Of a stretch of DNA of 64,000 nucleotides, positions 37,232 through 49,937 are shown piece after piece. Numbering within the stretch: the stretch's first letter is position 1; each line of letters begins with the position of its first letter. Both the position numbers and the translations under genes were made by a program. This DNA comes from Mobula birostris (Eukaryota). The DNA lies in assembly GCF_030028105.1 (NCBI RefSeq), contig NC_092383.1:97177604-97241603 (forward strand), in the 5' to 3' direction. The notes under the pieces were generated by a model. That model did not search any database and was not told where the DNA came from. It saw only the letters and a list, made by a program, of their open reading frames with translations.

Positions 37232-38354
37232 CTGGGTCTGGATGAAGAAATGAAAGATGAGTAAAGGAGATCTTTAAGGACACTGTATCCACCCCCCCCC
37301 CACTGTCTCTGACAGTCCCAAGTGTGGTTTAAGCCAATCTCAAATCATTTCCACCCACCTGTTTAACCCTTCCCTCAGCATTCAGTTCAGTCAGTTGCTG
37401 CTGGAGGAAGTTCCCACATGTTCTGTGCCCTCTTTCCCGACCACGCCCCGCACATTTCCATAAGAAATCCCCAGTATCCTATTTATGGTTCTGTAGCCCA
37501 GCAATTCTCTCCAGTTCACAACTGTTGTCACTGTTGTAACTGGCCCCAATGTCCCTTTGACACCTGAGTGTGTCCCACCCGGACCAGCCGGAATCTGGTC
37601 CAAGAGCAGCAGCCCTGGGACTGTGATCGACACAGACCCAGACTGGGACTGTCTGGTGAAACTGGCACTGTTCAGATCCTGGGTACACAGCCTCTCCACC
37701 ACAGAGCCACTCATTAACACACAGATCGGGGTGGAACCAGTAAGTTAATTCCAGTCTGGTGATGGGACACATTCTGGAAACAAAGTGTCAGAATGGGGAG
37801 TCAGTCACAGAGACAGTGCTGGGATCTGGGGCGAAAGATTCACCCTCGCTGTAAGCAGAGACAGATTAATATGGTGATGAACAGCAAACCAATCAAAAGA
37901 TTCTCAGACTGAACAAAGAAACAAAGGACCAGGCATTAAAATCGGACTGCAAATATAAGGCACAGCTGATAACAATGAACTAAGATAAGCGAATAAAGTG
38001 GGCAGGAAGGAGTTGGCCTTCTCATCTCTGCCTCCCTCTGGTGGCCAGTCCGAGGTTGACAGTTGGTTTCTGCAGAGCCATCGACTGCCCACCAACTGGA
38101 ACCTTGAATGGGCAACTTGGGAAGGACACAAGCAAACGGACCAGGAGATCCCCTGAACCGCCCACCACCACTCGCACTTTGGGTGTCTGAAGTTCAGGAG
38201 TGTGAGGCTGAAGTGGAGTCAAAACTGGAGGAGCCCACAGACTCATCCCAGTCACAGAAAGGGAAAACAGCGTGGGTGCCCGGAAACTGGTTTAGGAATC
38301 TATTGCACTGTACAGCTCTGTACAATACTCTCCACCCCAGGACCCCAGTGTAAA

Positions 38355-38815
38355 GGGGCAGTTGTAGCGAGGGTGAGGCCTCAAGCCTCGAGCTTGCCTG
38401 GTGTTGCAGACCAGGTGAGAGATAAAGAATCATTACAGCATGGTGTCTGTGGTTGGCTGGGACCTGACCTCTCCCATCGTTACTCCCCGTCAGTGTTCGA
38501 GTGGTGGAACGACAGGCTGGATGGCATGCGTCTGCACACTGCCGGGAGACCGTACCATCGATTGCTGGACATTGTCTCTGAAGGTCTTGGACAATACTGG
38601 TATATATATTTTATTATTCTAGTCAATACGCTTCTTTGCAAGCTGTTTTAAGTTATGTTCCTTGCTATTTTGAATGTTCGTCGCTACTTTGAACTTTGCT
38701 TTGTATTTTGAATGTTTTGTCCCACGGCTCCAGAGGAACCACCCCTTCAGCTGTATCTGTGTATGGTTTGAATGATAATTAATCTTGATTTGATTTGATT
38801 TTGAATTTGATTTGG
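38355..38815 (+). mobile_element. Retroposon-like insertion with (ATTTG)n tail, only in copy A
   Basis: Absent at the homologous point in copy B (after GTGTAAAGGGGCAG); ends in GATTT repeats. Confidence 0.55.
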
Positions 38816-41800
38816 AGCTAGCATGCTCCCCAGTGACGTCCTCCCGTTCTAGGTACAGGAACAGCTGGTGCTGGAAAGGAAAACCACGGTGAAGGAAGTT
38901 CTCCCGAAGTCTGAGCAGGATTTGGGGGGGGAAACCAAACCCCCAGAAGAGACAGCTGGGGGAGGAGGAACTCACCAGCAACAAGGGTCGGAGGTTAGAA
39001 ATGAAGACCCTCTCTGCAAAAGCCTCCAGTGGGACCGCCAGCAGCAGGTTCCCCCACCCCCACCACCATAATTCATCAGTTCAGGGTCAGGGACACAACC
39101 CTCTCAGCCATCAGGGAGAACACAGCTTCCCAGACACCACAGAGGCTGAAGGGCCAACACCTCCAGCCATTGCTTTCACAAAGACCCCAATTGTCATATT
39201 TGGTTATCCAGGGCTTTTTTGTCCATTTTCTCAAACCAACGTCCTGAAAGGTGACATGGCCACAGGAATAACCGGAACTGTAGAACCGTGGCTGGATCTG
39301 ACACCGTCAGTCATTTGGCTCACTACGTCTTCCATTCCCCACTCTAGCCTCTTCTGTCTTCTCCTCAGCCACCTGTCAGCTCCCCCTGCTGTCCCTCCTT
39401 CTTCCCTTTCTCCCATGGTCTGTTTCTTCTCCTGCCAGATTCATTCTTCTCCAGTTCTTTACCTTCCCCACACACCTGGGTTCACCTGTCTCCTCTAGCT
39501 AGTCCTCCATCCCTGACCACCACCCCCATCTTTTTGTCTGTGGTATTCTCCCTTCAATTCCAATTCTGAAGAAGGGTCTTCCTCTCCATAGATGCTGCCT
39601 GAGCTGCAGAGTTCCTTCAGCATTTTGTGTGCGTTGCTCTGGATTTCCAGCATCTGCAGAATCTCATGGATGAGTATCAATATGATGTTGTTTTTAGCAC
39701 CGACACCACCAATTACAGCAGAATCACAGACAACATGGCAATATACTGTAGAACCAATCACAGGGAGATGGGAAAATGAGAGTGAAGACAGGAACACAAG
39801 GGACATGTCGGTGATCTCTCTACACTGACCCTGCAGCTTGGGAGAGACTTCTTCACCCAGGTCAGTTGGAGCCTCATGAATATTCAAGAAGTTGACAGAA
39901 TATACACTCTGCCTGTTTCCCGATTCTGGATTTTGGATTTCTCTGGATGTTTTGATCTCTGCCTGAACTTTGACACCAACTTTGATTGCACCTCGGGATT
40001 TGTTACTCAATTAATATCACTGTGTGCACAGTACTGTGCCTGTGATTGGATCCCTGCTCCAGCGTCCTGACACAATGGCCTTTGAGTGTTATGGACCGTC
40101 AAAGTCATTTGTTGCATCTAAATATGGGAATTAAAATAAATCCATTTATCTTTTTAAAATTTAAGCTGAACCGCATGCATTGTATGGAAATATCAATTTT
40201 GCATGGACAGAAGATGTACCACAATCTTGTTGTCCAGAGCAATGACAATAAGGTCCTGTTTTATTCTGTTATATTCTTAGTTTCCTCTGAGTTTGTTGAA
40301 AACTCCACTCTGGATCAGATCATCCTGGGAGCATCGTGCACACTTCCAGTCTGCAACACTTCACATTTATCAGGATTAAATTCCACCTAGCATTGCTCTG
40401 CCTGATTTACCAGCTGTTCAACGTTTTCCCGTATACTCAGGATCTAAAACTCCACCAAGTTTCATGCCACTGTGCAGTTACCTCTCACACCTCGTTTGCA
40501 GATCAGCACTGTGACAGTCAAAGTACTGATCCCTATAGCACACCCTGGCTCACAGGCTTCAACCCACCAACATAATTCTCCATCTCCCTCAGCCTTTGAT
40601 TTCCAAGTGTGTGGTTGTGTCTGTGTACTGTGTCACTCACTGGGACACTATATTCAGTGTAATGAATACACAGGGTCTCACTCAGCACAGACCAGCATGA
40701 AGGCTGAGGAATAAACACGTTGCTGAGCTCAGACCTCAGTCTGAGCAATTACCAAGCAGCGCTTTGAGAAACCTATGGGATATCTGGAGTCCATGTACAT
40801 GACAGACCAGACCTTTGACCGGGGGATACAGTGGGATCTGTTGAACTGTGACCCACAGATACAGAACACTGATAAGGATGAAGAATGTCACCCCCTCTGA
40901 GAGACAGCACTCTACTTTCCCCCTCTCCTTCCATCTCCCCTCCCTACCTCTCTCCCTCCCCTCCCTCTTCCCTCCACACTCCCTGTCTTGCCCTTCTCCC
41001 ATAGCCCTCTCCCATTCCCCCTCTCCTGATCACCCTCACCCTCTCCCCCATCTGCCCTACCACCCTCCCCCTCCTCCTCTCCCCCACCCCTTATCCCCCA
41101 CCCACTCTCACCCAAACCCTCTTCTCCACCTTCCCCTTCCCTCCCTCTGCCCTCTCCCTCCTGGGCTGGACGTGTCTACCAGCCAACCTGGGCAAGTGAA
41201 CGGGGTAAAGAGGGAGCTCTCCAGTCAGAGCAATTAAAGTCGGTCACTGTCCCTTCAGGTTAACAGCCTCACCCTCCTAATCTTCCAGCCATTGGTTCCT
41301 CCATGCACTCCCTCAAATCACTCCCTCAAACCTCACAAAGCTGAAATTCTCTGCCATACTCTGCTGCTCACTCAGAAGCTCTATCTCCTTGCAATTAAAT
41401 CCTCCTGTCTTCAGTTTTGTCCTTCAGGACGGCAACAGGTCCCAAGCAAGCCCACGATTCATAAACGGTGAGGTAGTGGAAAGGGTGTCTAGTTTCAAGT
41501 TTTTGGGGATGAATATCATTGAGAAGTTTTCTTGGTCCATCAACACAGCCTCGATAGTAGGGAAGGCACAATGGCACCTACACTAATGGAGGTGTTAAAG
41601 GAGAGCTGATCTGCCTCAAGAATTGCCGGCCATCTTTTATCAGTGTGTAATGGAGACCATACTGACATACAAAATGACAGTGTGGTACTCTAGCTGCAGC
41701 AAGACAGATCACAAATCACTGGTGATTGGGAATGCTCAGCACGTCATTGGGACTCAACTACCAGACCTGGAGACAACCTACAACTCTCGATGCCTACAGC

Positions 41801-43179
41801 ATGCTTATAACATCATTAAAGACCCATCCCATCCCGGACACTGTCAGTTCAATCTTCCATCTGGTAGGAGATAGGAACATCTTAGCCAAGACAGGAAGAC
41901 TGCATACTTACCTCTCCCATCCCAAACATTCATATACAGATCAGTAGTGAGTTACCTCTCACACCTCATATGCAGATCAGTACTGTAAGAGTCAAAGTAC
42001 TGATCCCTATAGCACACCCTGGGTCACAGGCTTCAACTCACCAACATAATTCTCCATCTCCCTCAGCCTTTGATTTCCAAGTGTGTGGTTGTGTCCATGT
42101 ACTGTGACACTCACTGGGACACTATGTTCAGTGTAATGAATACACAGAGTCTCACTCAGCACAGCACAGCATGAAGGCTGAGGAATAAACACCTTGCTGA
42201 GCTCAGACCTCAGTCTGGGCAATTAACAAGAAATACCCTGGGTAACAGACAGAATAACTGGGATCTGTTGAACTGTGACCCACAGTTACAGAACACTGAT
42301 AAGGATGAAATCCTGAGGCTTCATTAGACATTGGTCAGACCGCATGGAGTATTGTGAGCAGTTTTAGACAACTTATCCAAGAAATGATATGCTGGCACTG
42401 GAGAGTTTCCAGAGGAGGTTCTCAGGATTTGTTTTAGGAATGAAAGGATTAACATATGAGGAGCATTGAATGGCCCTGAGGCTGTACTCACTGGAATTTA
42501 GCAGTATGAGTCAGGAGGAATCTCACTGAAAGCTATCGACTGTTGAAAAGTCTTGTTAGAGTGGATGTGGAGAAGATGATTCGTGTAGTGAGAGAGTCTG
42601 GGACCAGGGCCATAACCTTCAAATAGAGGCACATCCATTTAGAACAGAGGTGAGAGGGAATTCGAGTAGCCAGAGTGTTGTGAGTGTGTGGAATTCATTG
42701 CCACAGAATTCTGTGCAGGCCATCATTCCGTGTATTTACAGTGAAGGTCATGGGTTCTATATCAGTCAGGGCATCAATGGTTAAAGAGAAGGCAGAGGAA
42801 TGGGGTTAAGAGAAGTAATAAATCAGTTAGGATTGAATGGTGGGTCAGAATTGATGGGCTGAATGGCCTAATTCTTCCCCTTTTTCTTATGGTCTAGACC
42901 ATTCAGCCCAACCACGTCAGCCCCTCCTACCCCATCAACCTGTGCTCAGCTCCCCTAGCCTCCGAGCCACCAGGTCTATGCTGCAGTGCTCTCTGACTGT
43001 CTCACTCTGTGACCCTCTCAAACTATTAAACATAAACAGAAATGTATGCCCTCTGCTTTCAGACACCACTCCTGTGGAGAGCGATATTCCTCCCACCTCC
43101 CATATTCACGTTACTTATCATTATGTGTATGACTATCTCGTCTCCCCTCAGTCTCCTCCACTTGAGGGAAATCACAACA

Positions 43180-44600
43180 GCACATCGTCTCTCCTCTCAC
43201 TGAAATGCTACATCCAAAATTCCAAGTATTTATTCTGCATCCTGTCCAGAGTAATCACATCCTTCGAGATTGCACACAATATGCCAATCTTGTCCTATCT
43301 GTACTTTGTAATGTTTCAACATAATGGTGTAACACTTGTCTGTGTCCTGCACAATGAAGCCAAGCACGTCAAAAACACACTCACCACCCTTTCTGACTGT
43401 GCTGTCAAATTCGGTGATTCTGGGACGTACACCAAGAATCTTCTGTTTCTCTGCACTGCTGACAGCCCTCCCATTCATGGTGAATGTCCTTCCCTGTAAT
43501 GTTCCCCAAAGCCATCATCTCATTTGAACCAGGATTAGATTCTATTGGTCACTGCCCACCTTAACAGCTGATCAACATCATCTTGTGAGGGGAAATCGAC
43601 TGTTTCCCTCACTGTCAGCAACTGGTCAATTTTGGTGTCAACTATGTACAACTCATCAAACTGCCTACATTCACGATCCAGATACAACAGACACAAAGAT
43701 CTCAGCACTGATCTCTGTGGGACACCACAGGCTACAGTTCACAAACGCAACCCCCCCCACCATCCTATTACAAAGCTAATTTTAGATCCAATGTGCCAAC
43801 TTTCTCTGGATCCCATGGACTCTCACTATTTGGTCTACTCTTCCGTATCAAAGGACTTACTGGATGGAGACTATGTCAACCACATTGTCCTGATCAATGC
43901 ATTTTGCTTCCTCTTCAAAATATTCCATTACATTGTACTGACAGAGCTTTTTCTAATGGAGCCAGGCTGATGAACTTTGATTAATTCCCCCTTTCTAAGA
44001 TGTTAATCCTGTCTCCCATTATTTCCGGTAATTCCTCTACCATTGATGTTGGACTCACAGGTTTATTACTGCTGCCCTTATTGAAGAAAGGGATCACATT
44101 TACTGTCCCCCAGTAATCTGCAGCTCATCTGTGACCAGAGACCCCAAGAAATGAGTTGCTAGATACTGTGTTATACAATTTCACCAACACCCTCCCTGAA
44201 ATCTGGTTCCACACAAATCTCCTTCGTGAGTACAGATGACATGTGTGCATTGTATATCACACCACATCCTGTAGCTCCACCTCTCTACAATTGCCACTTT
44301 GGTCCCACATGGTCTCTACTCTTTCTCTGATTACTCTCCTGGCCTTAACACATTGGCACCTACTCAAAGTTTGTCTCTGGCTTCCTGATTTCTATTTCAC
44401 ATTCTTGCCCTACACTCTAGATAGTGCTGAAGGGCCTCCAGTGTTTTCAGTTCAATCTGGTGAACCATTTGTTTCCTTCTTTTTCAAACCTTTCCATATC
44501 CCGAGAGATCCAGTGTCTTTGTACTTGCTGTCACCTCTCACCTCAATGAGAATGCCTTATCCTGAATTCTCATTACTTTGATAGGAGTTTGAGGAGATCT
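43180..44600 (-). mobile_element. Highly degenerate CR1
   Basis: Minus translation MNGRAVSSAEKQKILGV... echoes the CR1 RT C-terminus; SGVPQ-like remnant near 43720. Confidence 0.65.
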
Positions 44601-44619
44601 GGCATGTCACCAAAGACAC

Positions 44620-45120
44620 TTGCAATTCTCTACCGATGTACTGTTGAGAGCATTTGAACTAGCTAAATCACTGTCTGGTGTGACGGGAGGGGTTGCCTAC
44701 AGAGAATTGAAAAAACCTGCAGAGAGTTGTAAACTCAGTCAGCTCCATCATGGGCACTATCCTCCAGAGTATCCAGGACGTCTTCAAGGAGCGATGCTTC
44801 AAACAGGCAGCATGCATCATTACAGACCCCCAATACCCAGGTCATGCCTTCTCATTGCTACCATCAGAGAAGAGGTACAGAAGCCTGAAAGTGCACACTC
44901 AATGATTCAGGAACAGCTTCTTCCCCGCCGCCATCAGATTTCCAAATGGACACTCAACCTCAGTCTGTTTTCATTTTTATTTGTGCACTACTTATTGAAT
45001 TTAACATATACACACATACTGGAATTCACATTTTCTATCATTATGTATTGCAATGTACTGCTGCTGCAAAGACAACAAACTTCATGACATTTGCCAATGA
45101 TATGAAACCTGATTCTCATT
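44620..45120 (+). mobile_element. Rex1-type 3' fragment
   Basis: Similar to other Rex1 3' ends in the window (GGAACAGCTTCTTCCCC...GCCATCAG; AAACCTGATTCT tail). Confidence 0.7.
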
Positions 45121-45144
45121 CACCTTTGAATAATTCCCAATACA

Positions 45145-45410
45145 GAGAGGGCGGTTGTAAGGAGGAATTACTGGTGGGCTTGCTTCTGGGCCTGGCCAAG
45201 AAGACCATTCACAGGTCTAGGCGGCTTAAAGTCGGCCAGGGCCGACAGCCTGCCTCTCTTCCAAGGATGTGCTCGTGCCTGGCTGTCCCTGGAGAGGGAG
45301 CATGCCATCATTATGGGTACACTGGGAGATTGCCTTGAGCAGTGGCCCAACCAAGGAATTGACTGCTTTACAGACCGTAGTAATCACATTATAATTCAAA
45401 TTTATTTACT
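45145..45410 (+). mobile_element. L1/Tx1-clade ORF2 C-terminal fragment
   Basis: EELLVGLLLGLAKKTIHRSRR...SLEREHA-like translation. Confidence 0.65.
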
Positions 45411-48299
45411 AACTTGTAAATACTGAATGTGTGCACCTTGTGTATTATTTGTGTAAATAACTTTTATAGTTTTGAAAAAGAAAGACAGACTTTTTTGTGT
45501 CCGTTGTTGTACTAGTTCTGTGAAATGACTCAAAAGATTGTAATTCTTCCTCATTAACCCTATCAGAATTGTCTTGTGGCCCAGGACTAAAATCCTCCTC
45601 TTCCAACTCACATCTTCTCTCCACTGGACCGTCTTTAGAATGAGAATTTCCCTCCTATTTCTACTACATTGGTAGAATTTGTTCACTCCCATATCAGTCG
45701 GCAGCGCATACGGGGAAGTTGGTGGAGATAATTCAGGAGGGAGAGGCTGCCATCACACCCAAGTTGGGTGAGTCTATTCAATGCTCGGAAAAACTCACTT
45801 CACGTTTCTCATCAGCCTACCGTCCTCCCCTCCGTGCAATATAGAGCTCAGCAATTATCAACAGCCTCCCCTATCTCGCGTCCCAAACAGAATAAACACA
45901 GTGCCACTGTACAACTGCCACACTGGGCTGAGATTGCTACTGGGGTTGCTCGGACACTGTCCAACACTGAGAGCGCTACCATTGCACGTTGTGTGACGTT
46001 CAGAGAACAATGGTTTTATTTTATTAAATCACGATCTCTCGCAGAGCTCTCATGGAACCCCAGTAGAGAAATTCTCTATTATACACCTGTGCCCATCTCT
46101 CTCTGATTTAGGGAGGTTAAAAGTACATTTATTATCAAAGTATGAATACATTATACAACTTTGAGTTTCGTCTCCTTACAGGGAGCCAAAAAAAACCCCA
46201 GAAAATCAAACATCCAATGTGCAGAAAAAATTATGCAAACAATAAATGCAAGCAAATAGCATCCAACTCACCCTCAAATTCTCCCAGATCATCCCCAGCT
46301 TCTCTCTACTGTCTTGATTTCTCTGAATCCATCGCAAGAAACTTTACCACAAACCCACCAACTTCCTGTTACCTACACCAGACCCTTTTCCATCATGTTC
46401 TTTGTAAGGACTCCATTTCTTTCTCACAGTTTCTGTGTCTCACGTTGGGATGAGATCTTCCAGGCCAGAATATCGAAAATATCCTCCGTTTTTCAGCACT
46501 GTGGTAGATGAAGTCTTCAACCTCATATCCTCGATTTAACAAACCTCTGGTCTCAACATACTTCCCCCCAGACACTTTGCTCTGTGACTAAAGGAGGTGT
46601 AACATGTCCCTACACCTCCTCCCTCCCTCATCACCTTCCAGATGAGGCAGACATTCACATGCCCCTCCTCCAACCTTGTCGGCTGCAGCCGGCACTCTAA
46701 TTCTGACCTCCTCCACCCTGATGAGACCAATCACCGACTACGTACCAACACTCAGTCCACTGATGCCAACTGAAGCACCTGGTTCTGAGTCATTTTAGTC
46801 CTTATCTCCATTCCCTCTCTGACCTGATTGACTTTAGCTTCCTCCTCTGCCAGGATGAGACCAAACACAACCGGAGAAACAACACCTTGTATTCTGCCTG
46901 GGTAGTCTAAAACCCAATGCCATATACATGGTTGAATTCTCCAATCTCAGATAAACTGTTCCCCCTCTGTTCCTTTTCTTTCTCCTAATCTGCCCCGTTC
47001 CTCCTACACCCAGCATACCTCCCTATCAGTCCATTTCCTTCCCCTTCCTCCATCTGCCAATCACCTACACACTCCCATCACTGGGTCCCCACCCACTCTC
47101 TTCCCATCTGTTCTCTCCACCTCCCTTATTTGGTTCCATGTTTCATTTCTAATCAGATTCTATCATCTGCAGCCCTTCATCTCTTCCAAGCCTTTGTCAC
47201 TATTTGCACCCTCCTCTGCTTCATCTGTCTATCAACCCCTCCCCATTTAGATCCACCTATCACCTCCCAGCCTTCCTCACTATTTCACTCCTCCTCTCCT
47301 CCTCCTGCCTATCATCCAATAATTTGGATCCACAAGTCACCTCCTCCTCCCCCTCTCTCTTTATATTGAACATTCTCCCTCTATCCGTCCGGAGAAGGGT
47401 CGTGACTCGAAACGTTGACAGTCTGTTTCCCTCCACGGATGCTGCCTGACCCGTCGAGTTCCTCCAGCAGATTGTCTGTTGCTTCAGATTCCAGCATCTG
47501 CAGTTTCCTGTCTCCCCACAGAATGATCGAGGTTGCTCGGCAGCTGCTGGGATGTTGTGCCATGCTTTGGCCCAGCTCCCCCCTGGTCCTAATCCTGCAT
47601 TGTTCTCCCCTACTAGTTTCATTTTACAGTCCCTTTATCTCACCATCCTCAAATCCCACTCCCTTATTTTCCCTTCCTCTCTTTCCTCCAATCTCCAAAT
47701 CCACCCGTCTTCCCAACTGCCCCAATCTGTCTCCCACCTGCACCAGCTCCCTTGTCGTCCTCTCACTGTGTCTCACCTGCTCTGCTCCAGGTCCGTGTAT
47801 CTCACCACCTCAGATCCCCTGTGCTTCCCCGACAAACCCAGTCCTTTCTCTGCCTCCTGCTTTCCCTCACTCTGCCCACCCTTCCTGCTACCCCTCCCAG
47901 TATATTCTTCCCTCCCTCCCCCTCCCTCCCGGACCTTCATGCTCTCCTTCTCTTGCCCCTTCGATCACTCCGAGTATCCTCACACCTCTCCCCATCCACA
48001 CTCCGTACCTTTCCCTCCTCTCCACTCTCCTGCCTCCTCTCCTTCCCTCTGACCTTTGAAATCCCTTCCTCCACTGCCCACCCCCAACTGTCCCTCTGCC
48101 TTCCTCCCTCCATATTCCGTACCTCATCCCCTCTGCCTTCCATTCAACCGACCCACCCATCTGTGTGTAGTGGTGGGGGGTCAGAACAGGAGACAGGAGA
48201 GGCAGGGAGAGGGAAGGAAGGGGAAGAGAGGAATGAGTAGGGAGGAGTGGAGAGGAAGAGGATGATGGGGATGGGGAGAAGGGAAGAGGTGACGGGGAG

Positions 48300-48349
48300 T
48301 CATTCGGCCTTGTGGAGTCTGCCTTCTGCTCCGGTGCCTGGATGGGAGC
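48300..48349 (-). CDS. Gene B cytoplasmic exon (SSHPGTGAEGRLHKAE*)
   Basis: Acceptor ctctgtccccccacag, phase 1, stop at 48300-48302. Confidence 0.75.
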
Positions 48350-48937
48350 CTGTGGGGGGACAGAGGAGAGAGGTCAGTTCACCCTGTGAGGGGTCTGAGG
48401 TTTCAATTCCTTTCTCATCACACTAGGACCCCTTCACTGCTGAGGGCAATGTCATGTGGTCTCTCTTGTCTGATCTGGAAGAAAACTCTCCCTCTCCCAG
48501 TCTCAATGAAAAGTCTCAAGTCTCCATATCCCCCCTTGTGGTTTGTATCTCATATTGTCCCGGATTTTACATCTCCCCCTTCCCTATTTTTATATCTTCC
48601 TCTTTAGAACTGCATATCTGCATGTTCCCAATCTCCACATTCCACCATCCCTCTGTCTTTATCCCAAACCCCTGGTCCCTGTTATACTCGTTCAGATTAA
48701 ATGAGGAGTGAAGGATGAAGAGTGCAGAGTCTGGGACAAGAGCGATTCAGAGAACTGAGGTGGGAGAGATTGAGAGATCTGGGACAGTGGAGGTGGATGG
48801 GATTCAGAGTCACAGGGGGGTGGGACTGAGAGACCGAAACGGGGATTTTAAACACCAGTTTGAATCCACCCCTCACTGTTGACACTACCCTTCAGAACAA
48901 CAGATTTTCACTGGAAACACACAAAAACAGTTCTCAC

Positions 48938-49036
48938 TGATGACGTGTACGGCGACTGTGACTGAGAGGAGAATCAGGAGCAGGACAGCAATGATTGTGG
49001 CCCTCAGCCGACATCCACAGAGACAGCTTCTCTCCA
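48938..49036 (-). CDS. Gene B stalk/TM exon (VERSCLCGCRLRATIIAVLLLILLSVTVAVHVI)
   Basis: Acceptor ttttgccag, donor gtgaga, 99 bp, phase 1-1. Confidence 0.85.
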
Positions 49037-49649
49037 CTGGCAAAAGAGAGAGGATCACGAATTATAGAGACGGTACCAGGCCTTCTCCAGCCCCACCCTC
49101 CCAACACTGACTAACATCACATACTCACGGACATCACTGTCCCATCACACATATCCAGGGCAGCGATTACAGACGAAGTAAAACTCTCTAAATCCAATCA
49201 TACCCTGCCGAGCTAGAAGTTAGATACTTTATTATGCTAGTGTCTCATTACACACTATCCTGGTCAGGGAAACACTACCTTCTCCTACTCAATGTCAGCA
49301 AGACTGTGGAGCTGATTGTTGGGATAACTTCACTAAACTTCACTAGCCTCATCACTGAACTGTTCCCGCAACCTATGGACTCACTGTCAAGGACTTATCT
49401 CATGTTCTCGATATTTATTGCTTATTTATTGTTATTATTATTGCTTCTTTCATTTTGTGTTTGCAGTTTGTTCTCTTTCACACACCAGTCGAACACCCAG
49501 TTGGTGCTGTCTCTCACTGATTCTTTGATGGATTTATTTAGAAAGCTGCAAGACAATGAATCTCAGGGTTGTATATTGTGACATATTTGTACTTCCATAA
49601 TAAATTTACTTTTAACATTATAGTTCCAATTCCTGCCTCAGACACTCAC

Positions 49650-49937
49650 CAGACTTGTCCAGTTTACAGAAATCCCCCAGCCGGATCTGAGCTGTGTCCA
49701 CACTGATGGTGTTCCTGGCCTCACATCTGTACACAACAGCTTCGCTCTCTGCAGTGCGATGAACCTTCAGTGTCTCTCCGTGTCCCCAGAGGTGATGGGT
49801 TCTGTCGTTCACCACAGCTTCTCGTCCCCTCCACCATCTGAAGCTGGTGTGGTCACCAGAGGTCACAGAGCAGGTCAGGGTAAGCTCACAGGTCCCAGTG
49901 ATGTTCTGAACTGTGATGTGTGTTTCTGACACCGGCT
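49650..49937 (-). CDS. Gene B CD2/SLAM-type Ig C2 exon
   Basis: Four-Cys C2 domain, 288 bp, canonical G|gtgagt donor; NPVS changed to NTIS. Confidence 0.92.

Larger units (their letters stand above)
33400..42960. repeat. Segmental duplication copy A (paralogous to about 46590-54830)
   Basis: Colinear shared PLE, C/T-rich tract, three exons, Rex1 fragment, intron blocks and CR1 3' fragment; identity about 88-99% by eye, with internal rearrangement at 40-42 kb. Confidence 0.9.

Noticed and set aside
43230-43478. 82-aa minus ORF as the missing V exon of cassette A
   Set aside because: No V-set motifs; matches a decayed CR1 RT C-terminus.
45420-46110. Unique-looking segment with a plus-strand donor near 45768
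   Set aside because: No recognisable peptide on either strand, no V-like motif, and no supporting partner exon.
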